From an uncultured Gemmatimonadota bacterium (lineage in GTDB: Bacteria > GCA-2686955): a stretch of DNA of 64,000 nt. Position 1 is the first letter of the stretch, and every line of letters begins with the position of its first letter. Positions 51,019-60,740 of the stretch are shown here, in pieces. A program made the position numbers and the translations under genes. The stretch lies in NCBI GenBank assembly GCA_964490075.1, contig CAZBBK010000005.1, positions 1 to 64,000 of the forward strand, read 5' to 3'. Below the pieces are notes generated by a model. It searched no databases. It was not told the DNA's origin and saw only the letters and a list, made by a program, of their open reading frames with translations.

Positions 51019-52479
51019 TCAGCTCTCCTTCATCAGAGCGTGGCTCTCCAGGCGATCGTAGAGCGCCGGGCGGGAGATGCCGAGCAGGGTGGCGGCGCGC
51101 GAGCGATTGCCGCCGGTCGAGTCGAGCGCCCGGACGAGCAGGGCGCGCTCCAGCTGGTCCAGGTTCTCGCGCAGGGTGCCGTCCATCGGCGGGAAGCCGT
51201 CGCCCAGCACCGGCGGCCGTGCTTCCCCGCCATCGGCGGCGGCTCCTGCATCGGGGCCGGCAAAGCGAGGACGCGGCGCCTCCATCGCCGCCACCACTTC
51301 GGCCTTGGTGATCGAGTCGCCGCACTCCATCAGGTTGACCACCCGCTCCACGACATTGCGCAGCTCGCGGACGTTTCCCGGCCAGGCGGCTCCGCGGAGC
51401 AAGGCCGCCGCCTCGTCGTCGAAGCCGCCGACCCGTGTGCCCAGGGTGCGGTTCAGCTGCTCCAGGAAGTGCTCGGCCAGGGGCAGGATGTCGGCGGGGC
51501 GCTCGCGGAGCGCGGGAAGGTCGATCGGCAGCACGTTGAGCCGGTAGTAGAGGTCTTCTCGGAACAGCCCCTCCTCGACCAGCCGCTCCAGATACTGATG
51601 GGTCGCGGCCACGATGCGCACGTCCACCTTGACCGTGTCGGAGCTGCCGACTCGCTCGAACTCGCGCTCCTGGATCACCCGCAGGATCTTGGCCTGCAGC
51701 TTGGGGCTCATATCCCCGATCTCGTCCAGGAAGATGGTTCCCCCGTCCGCCATCTCCAGCTTGCCGCGGCGCGAGGCCCGGGCATCGGTGAAGGCCCCGC
51801 GCACGTGGCCGAAGAGCTCCGACTCGAGCAGCTCGCTGGGGATCGCGGGGCAGTTCACGGTCACGCAGGGACCGTCGGCGCGGGCGCTGGCGAAGTGCAG
51901 GGCACGCGCGATCAGCTCCTTGCCGGTGCCGGTGGCGCCGCGCACGAGCACGGTCGAATTGCCGCGCGCGGCGCGCCGCACCCGGTCCATCACCTTTCCC
52001 ATCGACGTCGATCGGTAGACGATCGCGTTGAAGCCCGAGGCACGCGCCACGACCCGCCGCAGCTCTTCGACCTCTTCGCCGCGCGAGCGAGCCACGGCGA
52101 TGTTCTCGATGCGGCGGCGCAGCACCACCGGGTCGAAGGGCTTGCGCAAGTAGTCGCGGGCGCCGCGCCGCATCGCATCGACCGCGATCTCGACCGATGC
52201 CTCGGAGGTGACCACCACCACGTCCGGCACGTCGCCCTCCTGGGCGCAGATCTCGTCGACCAGCGCCAACCCCGCTCCCTGCCTCGGCAAGGCATCCTCG
52301 GCGGTTTCGGGAAGGCCCAGGTCGAGAATCACCACATCGATCGGCTCGGCGGCCAGCGCCGCCCGGGCGGCGGCGAGATCGCCCACCCCTTCGACCGAGC
52401 CCAGCTGGGCCTGCTCGATCTCGTCGACGATCGCCCGGCGCACCAGGCGCTCGTCCTCGACGACCAGTATTCGTGCCAC
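51019..52479 (-). CDS. Sigma54-dependent (NtrC-family) response regulator
   Basis: REC (VVEDE, ILDLGLP, KP), AAA+ (GATGTGKE, ESELFGH, GAFTDA, FLDEIG, WPGNVREL) and Fis-type HTH. Confidence 0.96.
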   Translation of the reverse strand: MARILVVEDERLVRRAIVDEIEQAQLGSVEGVGDLAAARAALAAEPIDVVILDLGLPETAEDALPRQGAGLALVDEICAQEGDVPDVVVVTSEASVEIAVDAMRRGARDYLRKPFDPVVLRRRIENIAVARSRGEEVEELRRVVARASGFNAIVYRSTSMGKVMDRVRRAARGNSTVLVRGATGTGKELIARALHFASARADGPCVTVNCPAIPSELLESELFGHVRGAFTDARASRRGKLEMADGGTIFLDEIGDMSPKLQAKILRVIQEREFERVGSSDTVKVDVRIVAATHQYLERLVEEGLFREDLYYRLNVLPIDLPALRERPADILPLAEHFLEQLNRTLGTRVGGFDDEAAALLRGAAWPGNVRELRNVVERVVNLMECGDSITKAEVVAAMEAPRPRFAGPDAGAAADGGEARPPVLGDGFPPMDGTLRENLDQLERALLVRALDSTGGNRSRAATLLGISRPALYDRLESHALMKES

Positions 52480-52523
52480 GGGTTGCTCCTATTTTTCGAC
52501 AACGATATTTCATCCCGCTGCTC

Positions 52524-54027
52524 TCAAGAAGAGACTGGCAGCGGGATCTTGAAGTTCGCTCCATCTCCGGGCCGGCTGTCCACTTCGATTCTCCCACCGT
52601 GCGCCGAGACGATCTCCAAGACGATCGCCAACCCCAGGCCATGGCCACCTTCTCCCGAGCTGGAGAAGGGCTCGAAGAGGTTGTCGATGCGCTCGGCGGG
52701 AATGCCGGGGCCGGTGTCGGCCAGCTCCACCAGCAGATGGTCGGTGCTGGGCCGCGAAACCCCCACGCGCAGCTCGCCTTCGCCCTCCATGGCCCGCACG
52801 GCGTTGAAGGTCAGATTCTCGATCACGCGCCGGAATTGACCCGGATCGAGCGCAATCGAGGGGACATCCTCCCAAGGGTCGAGGCGCACGCTGACCTTTT
52901 CGAGGCCCATGGAGCCGAGGGCGGAAGGGATCAGGTCGCGCAGATCGACCGGCTCGAGCCGCGGCCCGCCGCCGCGCAGGAAATCGAGGGGACGGACCAC
53001 CAGCTCATTGATCCGCTCGACGCCCTTTGCCAGCTCCTCCAGATCGGGCGCGTCTCGATCGGAGGTTTCGGGAAGCTGGCGCTGCAGGCGTCTCACCGCG
53101 CTGGGGAGGCCGAATGTGATGTTCTTGACGTCGTGGATGGTGGTCGCCGCGAACTGCCCCAGAGCCTCGAGCTTGGTGCGCACCTGGGCCACCTGGGCCA
53201 GATGGCGCTCCTCGGTGATGTCGTCGACCAGGAGCTGTGCCCCCAGCGACTCCCCCTGGTCCGCCCGGCCGAGACCTTCGACGCGGTAGGCAATGATCCG
53301 TTCGCGCACCGCGCCGCCGAACGAGCCGGCCTGGCCGTCCTCGGCGGCCGCCGGCCGACCGCCGGAGCCCTCGGCGCGGGCGATCGGCAGACGCAGCTCG
53401 CCGCTCGCCGCCGGCTGGCCCTCCAGGACCTCGCGCACCACCGAACGGGCCCCGGCCAGCGCGTCGATCTGGTCGATCGGCCGGCCGCGCGGCGGCGCGC
53501 CCTCGAGCCCCAGGATCCGCGGTGCCGCCCGATCGACCGTGCCGATCCGGGCGTCGGGGTCGACGCAGCCAGCGGTGCGCAGTGGGAAAGACCAGGGCCA
53601 GGTGCACCACCAGCGGCACGATCCACGAGCCGACCGCCCAGGGAATCGCGAGCGAGCAGTCGAAGAGGAGAACCCCGGTGCGAAGCGGCTCGGACCAGAT
53701 CGGCTTCGCGCCCAGGAGCCAGATCACCAGCAGCGCGGAGAGCCAGGCCAGCACCGAGCCGGCCGGGTGGCTGGAGGCGCTGAGTCCGACCGCCGCCCCG
53801 ACCGCAAACACGGCCAGCACGACCACTCCGATCAGCAAGATCACGCCGATCGGCTCCGCGCCGCCGAGCAGGAGCTCGGTGAGGATCCGCGCACCGGCGA
53901 CGAACCCCGCGATCAGCAGAATCGCCCTGGTCCCGATCCGCGCCGGTCGACCCGACGATTCGGTCGCGGGATGGAACAGAAGTCGCGAGCGCGAATGCGC
54001 GTCTTGCGCCTTGTTGCCGCTGGTCAT
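52524..54027 (-). pseudogene. Membrane PAS sensor histidine kinase, frameshifted / internally deleted near 53560
   Basis: TM N-terminus in one frame (...HLALVFPTAHRWLRR); PAS start (VDPDARI...RAAPRILGL), H-box (IHDVKN), DTGPGI, LFEPF and GHGLGL in another frame. Start uncertain. Confidence 0.8.
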
Positions 54028-54142
54028 GCCAGCCACCCCCAAGGGCATGGCATCGATCGGCGAACGGCCCCGACCGATCGCTGTTTCGTCCCTCCCACCT
54101 GGCGGCTTCATTGCATGGTACCGGCTACGCCGCGGCGACGAG

Positions 54143-57100
54143 TCAATCGAGCAGACCGGCCAGCCATCCCCGCGCCGGGCGCGCCTCTTCCGCGCGCTCG
54201 GCGCTGCGCCGCGCGAAGCTGTGGACCTGGTGGGCGAAGGCCTCGAGCTTGGTGTCGATCTCTGGGCTCGCCTTGCCGGTGTAGACCAAGGTGGTCAGGG
54301 GGATCATGTCGTGGTCGCGGCGCACCTTCTCGGCCAGCGACGCCGAGACCGTCCCCAGCATGCAGTGGAAGGAGACCGCGTTGACGATGCCGTGGGCGCC
54401 GCGTCGCGCGAAGTCGACCATCTTCGCCACGTTGAGCACCACCACGTTGTTGGCGCCGCGGTCGACGTAGGGCTCGGCCATCGACAGGATCTCCTCGTAG
54501 CCCGGCTCCTGCGCCCGATCGGCGCGCGCTCCCAGCAGGAAACGCACCCGCAGCGCTTCGATCTGCTTGCGCAGCAGCAGCAGCGTCGCCCCGGCCGCAT
54601 CGCGATAGTTGCCCTCGTCGAGCCCCCCGGATACCGCCCGTCTCCAGCCGAACTCGGTCACGTCGAGCAGGAAAGGAGCGGGCCAGACCTCGAAGCCCAG
54701 CGCCTCGAGCTTGCGAAAGAGGTCGCGATTGCCGAAGGGATGGGTGCGGGTGTAGATGTCGCCCGCCACGCCGACCAGCGGCCTGAGCGGCCCTTCGATC
54801 CGCTCGACTCCGGCCAGCAGGCCTTCCACCGAGCGCAGCACGTCGCCCAGGCGGTCTTTCCCGATCGCCTCGCCGCTGCGCCGCAACAAGCGATCGAAAA
54901 GCCGATCCACCCGCTCGGGGTCGACCGCGTAGGGCCGCAAGCCCCACTTCAAGCGGACCAGCTGCTCGATCGCGATCAATCCCCGGCCCAGGCGGATCCC
55001 CCCGGCGGTACCCAGGATGTCGATCTGCTCTTTGCCGCTGGGCGCCAGCACCTCGACATCGCGCACGCCGCGCCGCGCCAGCGCCAGGCGCATCGCCGAC
55101 TCGTACTCGCTGAGCAGGCAGGCGATCTGGGTTCCGGGGAAGAGGTAGATGTCGCCGGGCCGGATCGTGCCTCGGTCGACGTGCTTCATGAGATCGCCGG
55201 CCAGGATGAAGTAGGGGTGGCATTCCTTGCCCGAGCTCACCTCTTCGCCGCGGCTGAGCGCCTCTTCGTCGGGAGGCGGCAGCATCACCACTTCGTGGTC
55301 GGCGAACTTCAGCGCCCCGTAGTAGGCCCAGGCGTGATCGGCGAAATGGGGAATGACGAAACGCCGGCCCTCGAAGCGGCGCCGGCGCCGTTGCGGTGCC
55401 TTGCGCAGCGCCACCTGCTTGGAGGCCCGCGCGGCGCCGGCCTCGGTGATCTCGTCGACGAAAGCCTCGAGCCTGGTCACCAATCCGGCTTCGCCGCGAT
55501 GCTCATCGAACTCCAGGTACAGAAAAGGCGTATCGATCCCCTCCAGGTACTTGAGCGCGAAGGCATCGGGCCCACAGCCGAAGTTGGAGACGATCACCGG
55601 GAAGAGGCGTCGATCGGCGGCCGCCTCGAGCAGAGCTCTGAGCGCGTTTCTGTTGTAGCTCCAGGGAATGGTGACGCCATGAGAGTCGAGGTCCAAGGGC
55701 GGCCGGGGGAGCATCTGCATCGGAATCGACAGAATTCCCAGCTTGGCGATTCGTGCCGACAGATTCAGGTTTTGAAACGCGTCGACGACATTGTATGGCT
55801 TGCCCAGGATCGCGAAGGCGATGCCGAAGTCCTTCGAGAGTACCTCCCGGCCGCGCTCCTGCAGGCGCCGGTCGAACTCGGTCTGCGCCTCCCAGGCCCG
55901 GTCCAGCGCTTCGGCGATTCGCTCCTCGTCGAGTCCGAAGCGGCCCAGCTTGGCCGCCAGCTCGCGCACCATGCGCGGCCGCGGCGCCGCCAGGTAGACC
56001 GCCGGCACCACCATCTTGTCGGCGGCGAAGGTGGAGACCATGAAGCCGATCGATTCCTCGAAGGGACAAAGATGGCTGCGCGCGTCGCCCTGGTCGCGCA
56101 GATCGAGAATCGAAGGCAGGAACACGAAATCGACGTCTTCGCGCTCCATCAACGCGGCGACGTGGCCGTAAGCGAGCTTGATCGGCAGACAGGTCTCCGC
56201 GGTCACTCGGGAAAGACCCTCCTCGAGCGTCTGGGGAGCACTGGTCTCAGAGACCACCACCCGGAAGCCGAGAGATTTCAGCAAGCTGCTCCAGAAGGGC
56301 AGGAGATCGTACATCACCGATGCCCGGGGAATCCCGGCGGTCCCGAGCGCGCCCTCGCCCCCGGCGTAGCTCAGGAGCAGATCCTCCACCTCGCCGACCA
56401 GATCCGGGAGCACGCCTGGTGCCTTGCCCGCGGCCCCCGAAGTGAAGCGCTCGCAGGTGTCTCCGAAGTGCCCGATTCGGTCCCCGCTGCGGATCTTCGA
56501 GACCTGACAGACATTGGAGCAGGCCTTGCACTCGAAGGTGCGGATCTCCACCGCTTCGACGGCGCCCAGACCGCGGAAGGAGCTGGGGCCCGGGAGTGCC
56601 GCCTCCTTGACCGCCAGAGCGGCGCCGATGGCTCCGGAGATGCGGTTGTGCGGGTGGACGATGACCGGCTTGCCGAGCAGCTTCTCGAGCGCCGCTACCA
56701 CCGCCTCGTTGGACGCCACGCCACCCTGGAACACCACGTGCTCGCCGATCGTTCTGCCGGCGACCACCCGCTCCAGGTAGTTCTTGGCGACACTGTAAGC
56801 GAGGCCCGAGAGCAGATCCGGAAGAGACACTTTACGCTGCCGCCCGTTGACCACCTCGGTGTCCATGAACACCGTGCACTGGCTGCCCAGATCGGCCGGC
56901 GCGTCGGAGCGGAAGGCCTGCTCGGAGAACTCGCCGCGAATCGACACGCCCAGGGCCTCGCCCTGCTCCTCAAGGAACGATCCGGTGCCGGCCGCGCAGA
57001 TCTTGTTCATCACGAAGTCGGCGATGTGGCCGTTCTGGACCGCGACGTACTTGGAGTCCTGGCCGCCGATCTCCAAGATCGTGTCGACCTCGGGCACCAG

Positions 57101-58315
57101 GTGGCGGGCGCCGAGGAGCTGACAGGTGATCTCGTTCTTCACCAGGTCGGCGCCCAGAAGCTCACCGGCCAGGTGGCGGCCGCTGCCGGTGGTCCCCACG
57201 CCCAGTACCTGCAGGCTCTCGCCGAGGCGTTCGCGAAGTGTCGCCAGGCCCTCGCGCAGAGCCGCGACCGGATCGCCGCGGGTGGCCAGGTAGATGCCGT
57301 CCAGCACCTCCGCGCTCTCGGAGAGCAGGCAGATGTCGGTGGAGACCGATCCGACGTCGACGCCCAGGAAGGCGCGGATCGGTCCCGCCGCCGCGGCTTC
57401 CGGCTCGGGGCCGCGCTCGCTGCGGGAGGCGGGAAGCGCGGGCAGAGGTCTGCCGGCGACGGATGCGGCCACGGGTGAGCTGTGCAGACGTTCCAGCAGC
57501 TCGCCGACCGGCAGCTGGCTGGCCTGGTCGTGGGCCGCCATGGCGACGCCCAGCGCGGCGCAGAAGAGCGGGTCCGCGGCGCGCACGAGGGCCTCGGGAG
57601 GCAGGTCGAAGACCTCCAGAAAGGCGCGGTAGAGACCGGGATTCAGCGCCCCGCCGCCGAGCAGAACGACCGGCCGCGTGAGCTCGGTCCCGCGCAGCAG
57701 AGTGGCGCGGAAGTTGCGCGCCAGAGCCAGGCAGAGCCCGTAGGCGACCTCCGCGATCGAGGTCCCTTTCTGCTGCAGGTGGATCATGTCGGACTTGGCG
57801 AAGACCGCGCAGCGACCGGCGATGCTGGCCCCGCGCGGGGCGGCCGCGGCGAGATGAGCGAGCGCCTCGACGTCGATCCCCAGACGCCCGGCCTGCTGCT
57901 CGATGAAGGCGCCGGAGCCGGCCGCGCACTGGTCGTTCAGCGCGAAGGACTCCAGGTTGCCGCCCGGGCCCAGACGCATCCACTTCGACTGGTGGCCGCC
58001 GATCTCGATCAGTCCACGGGCGCGCGGCATGGTGGCGGCCGCCGCGCGCGCCGTCGACACGGTATCGGTCTCCAGGAGCACGCCCTCGACGCCGGAGAGC
58101 ACGCCTTTGCCGCCACCGGTGAGCGCGAGCCGAATCGACCTCGCCCCCTCCGGCAGCATTTGCTCCAGCAGCCGCGCGGCGCCGCGCGCCGGGAAGCCGT
58201 CGGCACGCACACTCAGCCGCTTCTCGATGCCCCCCGCGGCGTCCAGCAGGACCGCCTTGAGGGTCACCGACCCCAGATCGATGCCGACCACGGCTGCGGA
58301 GCTCTCGACGCCCAT
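54143..58315 (-). CDS. Fused CoA-substrate enzyme activase (2x BadF/BadG/BcrA/BcrD + DUF2229-like + dehydratase-like region)
   Basis: GIDLGS / GVDVGS, EIGGHQSK / EIGGQDSK, CAAGSG / CAAGTG, CKACSNVC, ETCLPIKLAYGH, FGCGPD, ECHP and FHCM. Confidence 0.92.
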   Translation of the reverse strand: MGVESSAAVVGIDLGSVTLKAVLLDAAGGIEKRLSVRADGFPARGAARLLEQMLPEGARSIRLALTGGGKGVLSGVEGVLLETDTVSTARAAAATMPRARGLIEIGGHQSKWMRLGPGGNLESFALNDQCAAGSGAFIEQQAGRLGIDVEALAHLAAAAPRGASIAGRCAVFAKSDMIHLQQKGTSIAEVAYGLCLALARNFRATLLRGTELTRPVVLLGGGALNPGLYRAFLEVFDLPPEALVRAADPLFCAALGVAMAAHDQASQLPVGELLERLHSSPVAASVAGRPLPALPASRSERGPEPEAAAAGPIRAFLGVDVGSVSTDICLLSESAEVLDGIYLATRGDPVAALREGLATLRERLGESLQVLGVGTTGSGRHLAGELLGADLVKNEITCQLLGARHLVPEVDTILEIGGQDSKYVAVQNGHIADFVMNKICAAGTGSFLEEQGEALGVSIRGEFSEQAFRSDAPADLGSQCTVFMDTEVVNGRQRKVSLPDLLSGLAYSVAKNYLERVVAGRTIGEHVVFQGGVASNEAVVAALEKLLGKPVIVHPHNRISGAIGAALAVKEAALPGPSSFRGLGAVEAVEIRTFECKACSNVCQVSKIRSGDRIGHFGDTCERFTSGAAGKAPGVLPDLVGEVEDLLLSYAGGEGALGTAGIPRASVMYDLLPFWSSLLKSLGFRVVVSETSAPQTLEEGLSRVTAETCLPIKLAYGHVAALMEREDVDFVFLPSILDLRDQGDARSHLCPFEESIGFMVSTFAADKMVVPAVYLAAPRPRMVRELAAKLGRFGLDEERIAEALDRAWEAQTEFDRRLQERGREVLSKDFGIAFAILGKPYNVVDAFQNLNLSARIAKLGILSIPMQMLPRPPLDLDSHGVTIPWSYNRNALRALLEAAADRRLFPVIVSNFGCGPDAFALKYLEGIDTPFLYLEFDEHRGEAGLVTRLEAFVDEITEAGAARASKQVALRKAPQRRRRRFEGRRFVIPHFADHAWAYYGALKFADHEVVMLPPPDEEALSRGEEVSSGKECHPYFILAGDLMKHVDRGTIRPGDIYLFPGTQIACLLSEYESAMRLALARRGVRDVEVLAPSGKEQIDILGTAGGIRLGRGLIAIEQLVRLKWGLRPYAVDPERVDRLFDRLLRRSGEAIGKDRLGDVLRSVEGLLAGVERIEGPLRPLVGVAGDIYTRTHPFGNRDLFRKLEALGFEVWPAPFLLDVTEFGWRRAVSGGLDEGNYRDAAGATLLLLRKQIEALRVRFLLGARADRAQEPGYEEILSMAEPYVDRGANNVVVLNVAKMVDFARRGAHGIVNAVSFHCMLGTVSASLAEKVRRDHDMIPLTTLVYTGKASPEIDTKLEAFAHQVHSFARRSAERAEEARPARGWLAGLLD

Positions 58316-59004
58316 CTCTTGGCCACTCTTTCTGTTCGATCGCCCGCGTCGCGGCCCTTCCGCGAGCGGGTGCGAATCGCCGAGTGTAGCGCCGAGGACG
58401 CGGGGTTTCGACCCGCGGGTCGGCCCATCTGGCGCTTCGACATAGCGCTTCTCGAGCGACGCACTTCGCGAAGAACCGCGGGCCCAACGGGAGCTCGCGG
58501 GCCTTCGGGGCTCCCATGCGCGGCCTGCGGGGGCGGTCTCGACGGCGCTTCTTCGCGTGCCTCTGCCCCGCCCTGTAGCGTTTCTCCCAACCTGGCTGGA
58601 GCCCCTGATCAGGGATGATCCAGTCAGGCCAGGCCCATCCGCCGGGAGCTACCCTTTTTTGCCCAGCGCTTCGAGCGCCTGGCAGGGACATGTGCCCCGG
58701 CGGGTTGGCCGCGATGAAGGTCCGGTGAGGAGTCCGCGCTTCGATCCCGATCTCGAGACGGACTGGTTCCCACGCCGGAGCGCGCGGTCGAGGTACCACC
58801 TGAGGCGATCGGCCGCGTCCTGTCACCGTGGCCCCGGGGACCCAAGAAGCGGCGGTCGCCCACGATGGCGAGGAGCCGATTCCTGGGGAGCAAGGCGAGC
58901 AGCGCGACGTCGAGATCATACGTTCCTTAGTGGATCGTTCCATCAGCCGCAGGGGCCGTCGAGCCTCTCGGGTGATTGGTGGAGGGCGGCGTTTGCCCGC
59001 TGCC

Positions 59005-59037
59005 GATGGGGGCTCTGGCCGTCCCATCCGGCGGGAG
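59005..59037. repeat. 33-bp hairpin direct repeat, copy A
   Basis: GATGGGGGCTCTGGCCGTCCCATCCGGCGGGAG; 32/33 identical to 59444-59476. Confidence 0.9.
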
Positions 59038-59131
59038 GTCCGCGGCGTCGAGACCTCAGATTCCGGAGAAGCCGAAATCCACACCCGCACGAGGGCCCCG
59101 CTCCGGCCTCGCGGCATCAGGGCCGGAATCC

Positions 59132-59380
59132 GGTCGTAACTCGCGACTCCGATCGAGGAGCTGAGGGTTGCGGCCAGATTCTGGTCACAACTCCCGACTC
59201 TCGATCGAGAGTCGGGAGTTACGGCGCGAATACGGTCGTGGCTCCGGTTTCATCGCGATGAGTGACGAGTTGTGACGGATATACGGTCGTAGCTCCGCAC
59301 TCTCGATCGAGAGTGGCGAGTTGTGTCGCGAAACGGCGTCACGACTGGCGGTTCCGGGCGCGGAGCTGGGCTTTGTGTCG
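59132..59380. repeat. Array of about 5 degenerate palindromic units with 51-bp period
   Basis: Units start at 59132, 59183, 59234, 59285 and 59337; consensus GGTCRYARCTC...TCTCGATCGAGA...GAGTTRYG. Perfect 32-bp palindrome at 59189-59220. Confidence 0.9.
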
Positions 59381-59443
59381 GTGCAGCGCGCGGGGATCGT
59401 GGAGCGTCGCGTGGGCTGGACGGCAAGGGGCGCGCACCCCGTG

Positions 59444-59476
59444 GATGGGGCCTCTGGCCGTCCCATCCGGCGGGAG
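59444..59476. repeat. 33-bp hairpin direct repeat, copy B
   Basis: GATGGGGCCTCTGGCCGTCCCATCCGGCGGGAG. Confidence 0.9.
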
Positions 59477-59774
59477 TCCCGCGAAGCGGTCACGACGCCA
59501 GCCTGACGGGAGTCAGGCCCGGGAAATGGCCGCCTCGAGGGCCAGATCGCCGGCTGAGGCTGCTCAGTGGCTCGAAACGGCCGTCGGAGAAGGAAGCCTG
59601 GAGCGCACCGGTCTCGACGAGGGCGTGCTGGTGCTCTTCGACCGCCGGCCCGAGGCGGCACCGATCGCCGAGCGGACGGTGTTCGGCGCGGCGAGCACGC
59701 CGGGGAGGGCGTCGGTCGGGCCGCGGATCCCAGTCCCGCGCCCGACTCGACCCGCGAGTGTCCGCTCCCAACGC

Positions 59775-60740
59775 CTACGCCAGCACCCCCTCCAACGCCC
59801 CGCCCAGATCGACGTCGTCGCGCGCGGCCACGGTGCGGCGCAGGCGCTCCATGAGGGCGGTGTCGTGGCGATGGATCGCCAGAGCGGCGATCGCCTGGCG
59901 GGCGCTGGGGCCGTCGGCGTCGGCGACCAGGCCGAAGAGATGATCGAAGGCGCTCGCGGTGCGGGCGCAGGCCAGGGCCAGCAGGGCGGTTTCGCGCGGC
60001 GCCGCGGGCTCGTCGGCCCAGCGGATCAGCAGGTCGACGGCGGCATCGGAATGCGATTCGCCCAGCGCCAGGGCCAGCGCTTCGACCTGCTCCTCCAGCG
60101 CGGAGCGCAGCAGCCGCCCGGCGAGGTCGAGCGCGCACGCGGGGGCCAGCCGCAGCAGCGCGCGCAGGCAGGCCGAGAGCACCTCCGGCTGCTCGCCCTC
60201 GAGCAGCAATTTGTGGCGCAGGACCGGCGCCGCACTCTCATCCTCGGAGTAGGCAAAGGCCCGCGCCGCCGCGATCCGCGCGGCGGGATCGGGATCGGCC
60301 AGGAGCTCGGCCAGCTCGCCGATGGCATCGACGTGGTTCATGCGCACCAGGGCCAGGGCGCAGATGCCGCGCAGCTCGGCGGCGGTGTCGGCGCTTCCGC
60401 CCCAGACCGGCTCCATCTGGCGCAATCGCACGCCGCGCAGATGGACCGACTCGCGGCCGAGGTCGAGGCGGTAGAGGGCGTCGGCGATCGCGCTCTTGGC
60501 GGCGCACAGGGGATCGGCCTTGGCCGCGCCGCGGGCGAAGCGCTCGAAGGCGGCGGCCAGCGCGTCGTCCAGCTCGCTCAGCTCCCGATCGGCGGCCAGT
60601 CGGGCCGCCGCGGCGGCACCCTGCGCGGGGGCTTTCGCCAGCAGCTCGCGCAGCCGCGGCAGGAGATCGGCGGCGCCAGGATCGGCGCGCAGGTCTCGCA
60701 CTTCGGCGAGGGCCGCTTCGAGCTTCTTGGCGTTTGCCAT
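59775..60740 (-). CDS. HEAT-repeat-like helical protein
   Basis: Ala/Leu-rich repeats (LAELLADPDPAARIAAARAF) and a distinctive ADPLCAAK..QMEPVWGG..DTAAELRG segment; ATG coupled to the upstream stop. Confidence 0.8.
   Translation of the reverse strand: MANAKKLEAALAEVRDLRADPGAADLLPRLRELLAKAPAQGAAAAARLAADRELSELDDALAAAFERFARGAAKADPLCAAKSAIADALYRLDLGRESVHLRGVRLRQMEPVWGGSADTAAELRGICALALVRMNHVDAIGELAELLADPDPAARIAAARAFAYSEDESAAPVLRHKLLLEGEQPEVLSACLRALLRLAPACALDLAGRLLRSALEEQVEALALALGESHSDAAVDLLIRWADEPAAPRETALLALACARTASAFDHLFGLVADADGPSARQAIAALAIHRHDTALMERLRRTVAARDDVDLGGALEGVLA

Noticed and set aside
59132-59380. Array as CRISPR or integron attC sites
   Set aside because: No unique spacers or cas genes; units are too short, lack RYYYAAC/GTTRRRY and have no cassettes between them.
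59185-59400. 17-aa repeat protein (SRHNSPLSIESAELRPY...) on the minus strand
   Set aside because: An in-frame stop interrupts the repeats, the ORF overlaps the HEAT gene out of frame, and DNA symmetry explains the periodicity.
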